The notes under the pieces were generated by a model. That model made no database searches. It worked only from the letters and a program-made list of their open reading frames with translations, and was not told the DNA's origin. DNA of 30,688 bases, taken from a virus. Lineage: Duplodnaviria; Caudoviricetes. The position numbers were made by a program, and so were the translations under genes. Every line of letters starts with the position of its first letter. Positions within the stretch are counted from its first letter, which is position 1. This document shows positions 18,761-25,279 of the stretch, one piece after another. The stretch is from positions 1 through 30,688 of the IMG/VR virus record IMGVR_UViG_3300034108_000367. One strand, 5' to 3'.

Positions 18761-19432
18761 TTACTTGCTTTTCTTCGCAAGAGGGTCAGTGCTGGGGAAC
18801 AACTCACGGTTGCTCGTCCAACGCTTGAACCATTCTTTACGAGTCTTATTTAATACGTTGACATACAAGCCAACGCACTCGTCAACAGTATCTCTGTCTA
18901 ATGCTGTCTGACCCTTACGATACTTGTATGGAGCGAACACCAGTGTATCGTCACAGAATGCGCCTTCCACCTCAAGTAAAGTAATTGCTTCGTCATGGTC
19001 CTTGAACCAATATGAGACACGAAGATTGTCGTACTCTTCTAGTTGAGGATAGTTCTCAATGTCTGCAGAGAACTCACCGATACCAGCAAGACGATCAGTG
19101 ATCTCGCCAGTCTCTGATTCAACTACAGTTACTTTGACGAACTCACGTTCAACACCATCTAGTTCTGCTGTAAACGAATTCATTTTATTCTTGCCATGCA
19201 CAAACATAGGTCCGAAAAGTTTTTCGTAGAAGTTTGCACGATAGTAGAACTCTTCTGCATGATCCAAGTCTTTGATGCACCCAATGTCAGTGACCATGCA
19301 CAAGAATACAATTGCTTTGTATTCAACCTTTAGATCTTTGTGTGCTGGCTCACCAATATATGGTGACTTGTATTCGTCGTAGAGATCATCCGTTGGGATG
19401 GTCGTATTTTTAAAGTCGTATGTTAAACTCAT
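18761..19432 (-). CDS. Hypothetical protein, 223 aa
   Basis: GAGGAG RBS; coupled to the upstream stop. Confidence 0.75.
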   Translation of the reverse strand: MSLTYDFKNTTIPTDDLYDEYKSPYIGEPAHKDLKVEYKAIVFLCMVTDIGCIKDLDHAEEFYYRANFYEKLFGPMFVHGKNKMNSFTAELDGVEREFVKVTVVESETGEITDRLAGIGEFSADIENYPQLEEYDNLRVSYWFKDHDEAITLLEVEGAFCDDTLVFAPYKYRKGQTALDRDTVDECVGLYVNVLNKTRKEWFKRWTSNRELFPSTDPLAKKSK

Positions 19433-19671
19433 TTTGTTTCGCTCCTCTTTTGTTTGTGTTCAATGATTGCGTCAGCAATCCAATCGTTAATATCTGCACC
19501 AGCATTATCCCAATCATCAAATTCTTGACAGATATCTGCCCACATTTGATTACTCACTTCTTCACCATCCCAGTCATCTTCAAAGAAAGATGGCTTGGTC
19601 CACCAAAGACAAGCAATGTCGCTGTCAGGGTCTAGGTCTTGCAACCAGTTGATTATCTTTTGAACTTTCAT
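19429..19671 (-). CDS. Acidic Trp-rich hypothetical protein, 80 aa
   Basis: AAGGAG RBS after a palindrome copy. Confidence 0.75.
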   Translation of the reverse strand: MKVQKIINWLQDLDPDSDIACLWWTKPSFFEDDWDGEEVSNQMWADICQEFDDWDNAGADINDWIADAIIEHKQKRSETK

Positions 19672-19706
19672 GTTTCTCCTTGTAGTTTAATTTGATATTA
19701 AATTGA

Positions 19707-19982
19707 TTAGGCTAAGTAAATAAGTGTTGTGAATTGTGATGTGTCTGTGACGGTGCTGCAAATACCTGACTCGTCGCACTCAACCTTGAGTGCGTAAGCA
19801 CATGCTTTGTATGCCTCCACGTCTTCGTCGTAGCAGATGTTGATGTCAAACCCCATGTATGAGTCCCACCAATCATCACCCAACTCTTCGTCGGACACAG
19901 TGTTAAATTTCTGTCTAGCAAATTCAACTAAGAACGAACGTTGCTCTTTAGATAGTTTCAATTCCATTAGATACTCCTCCAT
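19707..19982 (-). CDS. Acidic hypothetical protein, 91 aa (alternative start 19967)
   Basis: GAGG before 19982 and GGAGGAG before 19967. Confidence 0.75.
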   Translation of the reverse strand: MEEYLMELKLSKEQRSFLVEFARQKFNTVSDEELGDDWWDSYMGFDINICYDEDVEAYKACAYALKVECDESGICSTVTDTSQFTTLIYLA

Positions 19983-20021
19983 TTTGTTTTCCTCTCGTTT
20001 AATTTGAAATTAAATTGGGGT

Positions 20022-20065
20022 TGTGTGGGATGGGAGAGAGTACAAACGAACCCCCACCCCACACA
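20022..20065 (-). terminator. 15-bp stem-loop, putative terminator or processing site
   Basis: Minus strand TGTGTGGGGTGGGGG-N14-CTCCCATCCCACACA with two G-U pairs, 7 nt before a palindrome copy. Confidence 0.6.
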
Positions 20066-20071
20066 GATCTA

Positions 20072-20668
20072 CTATTGTTCGTCTACTGATACGTCAGTAC
20101 AGTTGTTGTAATCCCAGTCAATGTCAGTAATATCACCATAGTCGTCACTGTCAAGACATGAAAGATCTTCGGCATTATCACTAATGCGATCAGACAACAT
20201 GTCACGAACTGTGCGCTCAGACATAGACGTAGGTGCTTTACACGTCACAGTTACCTCATGAGTAAGAGTCACAGTGAAACTGAACTCGTGCTCAACAATA
20301 TGAGGAGACTCCAAAGTACCCTCCTCAACAAGTGGAGCGACGAGACCCCAAATGTCATCATCCTTATCAAGGACTTCTTCTTCAGCGATACGGTTGATGA
20401 ACTCCTGAAAGATTTGAGTGATACGATTCATCTCAATGTAACGCTTACCTGACTGATCTGATACAAACTTATAGTGATCAGTCTTATTTTTAATATCGTA
20501 CATGTTGATAGGACTGATGTCAGTACCCTCAACGAACTCGGTACTACCATTCACAATCCACGCCCCAAGTTGGTAATCCTTGAAGCGATCATCATGATTG
20601 ATCTCTAAAATTGTGAACTTGTTCATTTGAACGTGCTCCTGTTCTGTTGTAATTTCTTCTGAACTCAT
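20072..20668 (-). CDS. Highly acidic hypothetical protein, 198 aa
   Basis: AAGGAG RBS; D/E-rich throughout. Confidence 0.75.
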   Translation of the reverse strand: MSSEEITTEQEHVQMNKFTILEINHDDRFKDYQLGAWIVNGSTEFVEGTDISPINMYDIKNKTDHYKFVSDQSGKRYIEMNRITQIFQEFINRIAEEEVLDKDDDIWGLVAPLVEEGTLESPHIVEHEFSFTVTLTHEVTVTCKAPTSMSERTVRDMLSDRISDNAEDLSCLDSDDYGDITDIDWDYNNCTDVSVDEQ

Positions 20669-20719
20669 TTTATTTTCTCCTTGTTTGGTTTGTTGTTTGT
20701 ATTTAATTTGAAATTAAAC

Positions 20720-21610
20720 TCAGTAGATATCAACGACAAAAGTACTGTCGCCAATTAACTGCCGAGCCTTGCCCTTAGCGGACAGGTCACCAATGACTGC
20801 ACCCTCAGAGAGCATCCATTCATCAGTCTTATCGGCATCAACAAAGGACATGCCAAAGTCCTTGATGCCAAAGAACTCTCGTAAAGCGTCAGCGTCAATA
20901 GGTTCACCCTTTTTACGTGACGTGACCACAGCAACCTTACCGCCACGTTCAAGATGACGACGCACCTTATCTACGTTAGACTTCTCATTCCAAGAGTAAC
21001 AGTAATTAAAATTACCGTAGATCTCATCAGAGTTATGAGCCAACCTAGCAGGGTTCTTCGTGTAACCGTAAACAGTAACATTAGGTAACTCACCCAAACT
21101 AGTCAGACACTGATGCCAAGACAGATCAGAGTTAACGTCAGGTCTGAACAAGATCTCGCCATGTTTAACCACAGCCCTACCTAACTCCCAACCGAGACGA
21201 TAAGCAGCCACCGATGGATACTTACCCCAAAGATGAGTCCTCCAAATCCAAGCCTTACGTACACTGTCGTAGCGACCATTACCGTTATTGAGGACACACA
21301 CTTTGGTACAGTCGCCACGCCATGCACACAGTTCATAGTCACTGATGTCAGCATGAGCCAACGTCATCCCGTATGTCGCTACCTTGCTACCATTTAATTT
21401 GAGATTAAATTGAGGCGCAGTCAAAAGATCTGCGACGACAGGGTTGAACCCTTGCTCTTGGCGTACTTCTTTAATGTAGCCGAGACCATAACGACACTTG
21501 AACCCTACGATAGCGTCAGTGTAGCCACTCTCTAAATATGCGTTAGTATACTCTTCACTGTTGCGAAGAATTTGAGATAAACGAGGCTTGATAGCCACTT
21601 GAATTTCCAC
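20720..21610 (-). CDS. Gp88-like protein (radical-SAM-like Cys motif)
   Basis: LCAWRGDCTKVCVLNNGNGR, FRPDVNSD, YGYTK, YSWNE, LSAKGKAR; GAGGAGG RBS before GTG. Confidence 0.75.
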   Translation of the reverse strand: MEIQVAIKPRLSQILRNSEEYTNAYLESGYTDAIVGFKCRYGLGYIKEVRQEQGFNPVVADLLTAPQFNLKLNGSKVATYGMTLAHADISDYELCAWRGDCTKVCVLNNGNGRYDSVRKAWIWRTHLWGKYPSVAAYRLGWELGRAVVKHGEILFRPDVNSDLSWHQCLTSLGELPNVTVYGYTKNPARLAHNSDEIYGNFNYCYSWNEKSNVDKVRRHLERGGKVAVVTSRKKGEPIDADALREFFGIKDFGMSFVDADKTDEWMLSEGAVIGDLSAKGKARQLIGDSTFVVDIY

Positions 21611-21643
21611 TTAAACCTCCTCAGGTTTTAATTTAATTTGAAA

Positions 21644-21838
21644 TTAAACGCTCACAACTAGATAGCATCCCTTGCGATAACGCTCAACCTGAACGCTCGC
21701 CTTATTAGAGTCTACCTCAATAGTACGCAACATGAACCACGTACCATTTATTTTAGTCCGACGCTCACCAACGACGACAAAGGAGAATCCGTAGTCGTAC
21801 GTTGATGGAGCGTTGGTTAAGAACCTAGAACGGCTCAT
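21644..21838 (-). CDS. Hypothetical protein, about 64 aa
   Basis: MSRSRFLTNAPSTYDYG...; the stop TAA is supplied by the palindrome at 21632-21648; start inferred. Confidence 0.6.
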   Translation of the reverse strand: MSRSRFLTNAPSTYDYGFSFVVVGERRTKINGTWFMLRTIEVDSNKASVQVERYRKGCYLVVSV

Positions 21839-21986
21839 TATCGTCAGAGAACCAATAACTAGGGCGCTCCCCGTATTCATGTCGTTGTTCGTCAGCACCA
21901 ACACGGCGACCTACTTCATAGGCAAACCATATGAGACCTACGATTAGTAGTGACGCTAGACCTAGTAGAACGTAGGGATATGTCAT
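21825..21986 (-). CDS. Small membrane-anchored protein, 53 aa
   Basis: Manually translated MTYPYVLLGLASLLIVGLIWFAYEVGRRVGADEQRHEYGERPSYWFSDDNEPF; GAGG RBS; ATGA coupling. Confidence 0.7.
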   Translation of the reverse strand: MTYPYVLLGLASLLIVGLIWFAYEVGRRVGADEQRHEYGERPSYWFSDDNEPF

Positions 21987-22171
21987 GCATTCACCTCATA
22001 CCTAGGTACATCACAGATATCATGATAGTACTCAGCGATTTCTTGTGCCTGCTGTACGTCAATGCATGGGATTCTGAATTGATGCGAGTCGCTACTGTCT
22101 CCAGTAGGCGACGAGAACCAAAGCCATAAGACATTGCCCTCGTTATATGCTGCAATTATTTTGCCTCTCAT
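21983..22171 (-). CDS. Hypothetical protein, 62 aa
   Basis: AAGGAG RBS after a palindrome copy. Confidence 0.75.
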   Translation of the reverse strand: MRGKIIAAYNEGNVLWLWFSSPTGDSSDSHQFRIPCIDVQQAQEIAEYYHDICDVPRYEVNA

Positions 22172-22209
22172 ACTTGCTCCTTTGTTTTGTAGTTTAATTT
22201 GAAATTAAA

Positions 22210-22496
22210 TGTAATTTTGGGGTAGGCAGTTTTACGTCATGCCTAGGACGTTCTCTTCGGTTCGTTTAACTGTGAGACACAGCGTTATGTTACGGGCAGT
22301 ACCGATAGCCCGACTGAGAGTTAGTAATCTTCAAGGCTCACTCACACAGCCAATACGCAGGCATTACCTACCAGTCATATGTCGCCAACATGCTAGGCGA
22401 ACAGTTTAACGTCATGCTCAGGACGTTTGGCTCACGGCGCAACCCCAATGACCCATGACAGTATCTGTCTGTCACTTCGTGCTATAGCCAAACCTA
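22210..22496 (-). ncRNA. Candidate structured non-coding RNA with two H-type pseudoknots
   Basis: 287-nt unit between two palindromes with no credible ORF; several stems and two related pseudoknot elements (about 22223-22251 and 22398-22427) with compensatory changes. Confidence 0.55.
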
Positions 22497-22518
22497 TTTA
22501 ATTTGAAATTAAATGGAC

Positions 22519-22689
22519 TCAGTCCATCGTAAAAGCAGCCTCAGTCATGACGCTACTTTTCAACTCTGTAAGAATACGAAGCATAGTACGCTCCGTATAA
22601 CCCTGACCGACTAAACCACTCTTGAAGTCGTCAGCCAATTCCATGATGCGCTCAAGCGCACCTTGTAAATAGTCACCTTGATTAAACAT
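22519..22689 (-). CDS. Small hypothetical protein, 56 aa
   Basis: Manually translated MFNQGDYLQGALERIMELADDFKSGLVGQGYTERTMLRILTELKSSVMTEAAFTMD; AGGAGG RBS; flanked by palindromes. Confidence 0.75.
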   Translation of the reverse strand: MFNQGDYLQGALERIMELADDFKSGLVGQGYTERTMLRILTELKSSVMTEAAFTMD

Positions 22690-22724
22690 AAACCCTCCTA
22701 GGTTTAATTTGAAATTAAATTGAA

Positions 22725-22826
22725 TTAAGCGATGCGCTCAGCCCAAATAAAGCCCTTGGACTCAATCTGATCTTCAACATAGTCAAGCCATGCATCATCA
22801 ACGTAATCGTAATCGTGCTCAGACAT
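22725..22826 (-). CDS. Very small acidic protein, 33 aa
   Basis: Manually translated MSEHDYDYVDDAWLDYVEDQIESKGFIWAERIA; AAGGAG RBS. Confidence 0.65.
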   Translation of the reverse strand: MSEHDYDYVDDAWLDYVEDQIESKGFIWAERIA

Positions 22827-22942
22827 AGTCTGCTCCTTTTAATGTTATGTAATAGCGCACTCTGCGCAGTGGACTGTCCCGTACGATTAGGGCTACTGCT
22901 CCCGTTTAATTTGAAATTAAACGGGAGACAGTCCGCAGTCAA

Positions 22943-23512
22943 TTAAGCCTTGACTAGGGCTTTATTCGTACTCTTAGAGATCTCAGCCTCAAGCCATAGG
23001 GCAAGCGCCTTCTTCTCTTCAATGCTCCACTTAGCGACAGACTCGCAAGTATGGGCGAATTTATCCACGGTAGAATTAACCGTGACATCCTTCTCGCCAT
23101 CCGTTGAGACAGTAACCGTCTTAGGGGCAGCATTCTTCGCCTTGAGAGCCTTATCCGCTTGAGCCTTAACCGTAGGGTTCAGTTCATGGATAGCCTTAGT
23201 GAGACTCTGATGCTTCACGACGAACGATTCAGCGTCCTTATAGGCTGCCAAGCGTCCCTCTTTTTTAGCGCCAGCGAAGTCACGAAGAACACGATTAGCA
23301 TTAGACATCTGAACCCCGAAGGACTTAGCGTTAACACTATTGCGCATGCTCTTAGGCAATAGAGCCCAAGCCTCATCACAAGTCGTTGTCGCTGGCTTAG
23401 CGTCAGCGAGACGAAGATAGATAACACTCAGGATAGCGTTAGCCTCGCAAAAGGCTTTCGCTTCATCTGTTGCCACCTTGGCAAAGAGTGAGTTTGATCG
23501 GATAGTAGTCAT
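22943..23512 (-). CDS. Basic Ala/Lys-rich hypothetical protein, 189 aa, first gene of the early array
   Basis: Start reassigned to MTTIRSN (AGGA upstream); the longer track start runs through a palindrome. Confidence 0.75.
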   Translation of the reverse strand: MTTIRSNSLFAKVATDEAKAFCEANAILSVIYLRLADAKPATTTCDEAWALLPKSMRNSVNAKSFGVQMSNANRVLRDFAGAKKEGRLAAYKDAESFVVKHQSLTKAIHELNPTVKAQADKALKAKNAAPKTVTVSTDGEKDVTVNSTVDKFAHTCESVAKWSIEEKKALALWLEAEISKSTNKALVKA

Positions 23513-23865
23513 GATGACCGTCCTATTCTGTTTGTAATTTAATTTGAAATTAAATGGCGTAGGCATATGGTTATACCCTTGACCTACTCCGATTAGTTTC
23601 ACCTTTCGTGTCCCTCGTTTGTTCAGGACACTAGTTCCGTGGCGGACGGAATCGGGAAACAGTCCTAGTTCTATTGGCGATCAACAGGGTTCACCCTGTG
23701 CATGTGCATGTGGAGGGGTGCATGGGGGGGTGTACGTACCCATTCGCCAAAGAGTCCCTCAGGGCGTAGCCGAATCGTGATAGGTTTATATACTTGTGTG
23801 ACGATGGTCACAGTGGGGGTGTTGTGTTGTTTCTAAGTACGATGTGTGCAGGTCAGAATATGTTT

Positions 23866-24138
23866 TTAATGTATTTTACGGGCTGGGGAATGCTCGTTAA
23901 AGTAGGTGACGCAGTTCTTAAGGACTGCTGTCCCTGCGCTGTAGTTCCCTGTGGCTAGTTCGTAGGTACAAGCGACCCAGTAGTACTGGTCGTTTTCTGC
24001 GACAAGGTAACCTACTGCTGAGAGGACACATGGTTCGTGTTTGGCATCGGGTTCGTGCCAGTCGTCACCCATGCTGTAGTGATCTTCCCAAAAGATTTCT
24101 ACTAGGGGTGGTATTTGTGGTGCTTCTTTTTTTACCAT
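23866..24138 (-). CDS. Conserved-type phage hypothetical protein, 90 aa
   Basis: LVEIFWEDH..SAVGYLV pattern; overlaps the upstream stop. Confidence 0.7.
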   Translation of the reverse strand: MVKKEAPQIPPLVEIFWEDHYSMGDDWHEPDAKHEPCVLSAVGYLVAENDQYYWVACTYELATGNYSAGTAVLKNCVTYFNEHSPARKIH

Positions 24139-24422
24139 TTTACTTTGTCTGCCCAGTACGCTGCGGACATTGGTCCTTTAGCAATGTTGGAAGCATGACG
24201 TGCCTTAAAGGAGGCACGTTTCTTGGTCATGCGATCAGATTCTCCTGCCTTGGGTTTACCTGCAGTGGATGCACCTTGTTCACCAAAGCGGATAGTTTTA
24301 ACTTGAGCACCTGATTTAGCCACGACAATATGTGACTTCTTAGGATGGTCAGGGGTACGCTTGGGTTTGTTGTAACCTGCTACACCTGCTCGTGCTAGAC
24401 GGGGATCTTTGCTAGATGCCAT
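24132..24422 (-). CDS. Small basic phage protein, 96 aa
   Basis: YNKPKRTP..KSHIVVAK..IRFGEQG..SFKARH..SAAYWADKVKW, a pattern I recognise from aquatic phage genes near terminases. Confidence 0.8.
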   Translation of the reverse strand: MASSKDPRLARAGVAGYNKPKRTPDHPKKSHIVVAKSGAQVKTIRFGEQGASTAGKPKAGESDRMTKKRASFKARHASNIAKGPMSAAYWADKVKW

Positions 24423-24444
24423 CACTTCTTCCTTGTCGTCGCCA

Positions 24445-24558
24445 TTAGTACTTCTTTGTTTTAGATTGTACCTTCATACCTGACTTGGCTGCAGCCTTTT
24501 TGGCTGCTGCCTTACCCTTAGCAGTATAAGGGAATTTCTTGTTTCCTACTTGTGGCAT
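24445..24558 (-). CDS. Lys/Ala-rich basic peptide, 37 aa
   Basis: Manually translated MPQVGNKKFPYTAKGKAAAKKAAAKSGMKVQSKTKKY; AGGAG RBS. Confidence 0.75.
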   Translation of the reverse strand: MPQVGNKKFPYTAKGKAAAKKAAAKSGMKVQSKTKKY

Positions 24559-24635
24559 ATTTGCTCCTGTCGTCGCAACTAGTACTAGTTATAGATCAAC
24601 GAGTGCGTCCCTGCGGTAGCACTCGTTGATAACCA

Positions 24636-24700
24636 TAAGCCCCTAACCTAAGCGTTACCCGTTACCTCACTAAACAGGTAACGAAGTTGCCTGTATTTGA
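24636..24700. promoter_or_regulatory. Divergent pair of GTAACG boxes, putative late promoters
   Basis: Plus strand GTAACGA 24678-24684 with ATG at 24700 (+22); minus strand GTAACGC starting 24658 with ATG at 24636 (+22); extra minus GTAACGG starting 24665. Confidence 0.6.
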
Positions 24701-25128
24701 TGAGTATTGAAGAAAATGTGCTGGATGCGCGCCAAGAATCTTACATAGGTTGGCTGTGTACGCCCCCTTCTGAACGCGTCCCTTCAAGCAAAGAAAAGTA
24801 TGCCGACTCCATCGGAGTGAACGTGGTCACTTTGCGTCGTTGGGAAAAGAAGGAAGTTTTTAAGAAGACTTGGGCTTCCAAGGTAGAGGACATTCAAGGC
24901 TCTCCTGAGCGTTCGCAGCGCCTTCTTGATACTTTGTACAATCAGGCAATTGGCGGCGACATACGGGCAGCACAACTGTATCTGCAAGCCACCAATCGGA
25001 TGTCTCCTCCTACGCTGACAGTTAAGTCCGAGAAGTCAAGTGCTGAACTGTCTGATAAAGAGTTAGATGATCTTATTTCTGCTGTTGCTTCTCGTGAGCA
25101 GGAGTCTCGTAAACTGCGGATTGTATGA
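24700..25128 (+). CDS. Putative terminase small subunit (HTH protein)
   Basis: YADSIGVNVVTLRRWEKKEVF HTH, GDIRAAQLYLQ, ELSDKELD; upstream of TerL. Confidence 0.7.
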   Translation: MSIEENVLDARQESYIGWLCTPPSERVPSSKEKYADSIGVNVVTLRRWEKKEVFKKTWASKVEDIQGSPERSQRLLDTLYNQAIGGDIRAAQLYLQATNRMSPPTLTVKSEKSSAELSDKELDDLISAVASREQESRKLRIV

Positions 25129-25147
25129 GCCTCAAACTGCGGGTTGT

Positions 25148-25279
25148 ATGACCGAGTTAATTGAATGCCCTGTTTGTGGTGAAGAGTATCCACCTGCAGC
25201 ATGTAAGTGGGAATGTCCAGTGTGTGGTCAGGAAGATAATCCTGAGCCACTTAAGATGAGGAAAAATGGATCTGAGTGA
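25148..25279 (+). CDS. Small Zn-finger protein, 43 aa
   Basis: MTELIECPVCGEEYPPAACKWECPVCGQED (two CPVCG motifs); overlaps the TerL start. Confidence 0.6.
   Translation: MTELIECPVCGEEYPPAACKWECPVCGQEDNPEPLKMRKNGSE

Larger units (their letters stand above)
16686..23554 (-). repeat. Dispersed 17-bp palindrome TTTAATTTGAAATTAAA, 13 copies
   Basis: Copies start at 16686, 17659*, 18740*, 19686*, 19998, 20702, 21393*, 21632, 22193, 22497, 22703, 22905 and 23538 (* = one substitution at position 10 or 11). All have the central G on the plus strand; none seen outside this interval. Confidence 0.95.

Noticed and set aside
22715-22942. 75-aa track ORF sharing PFNFKLN with the 23602 start extension
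   Set aside because: The shared peptide is just the translated palindrome; a 33-aa ORF with a strong RBS explains the interval better.
16686-23554. CRISPR array or integron reading of the repeats
   Set aside because: Spacing varies from about 200 to 1100 nt and the units hold whole genes; there is no attC GTTRRRY structure, integrase or cas operon.
23560-23660. Possible hammerhead ribozyme (CTGA...GAAA on the minus strand)
   Set aside because: The core reads CTGAACA rather than CUGANGA and the three stems could not be assembled.
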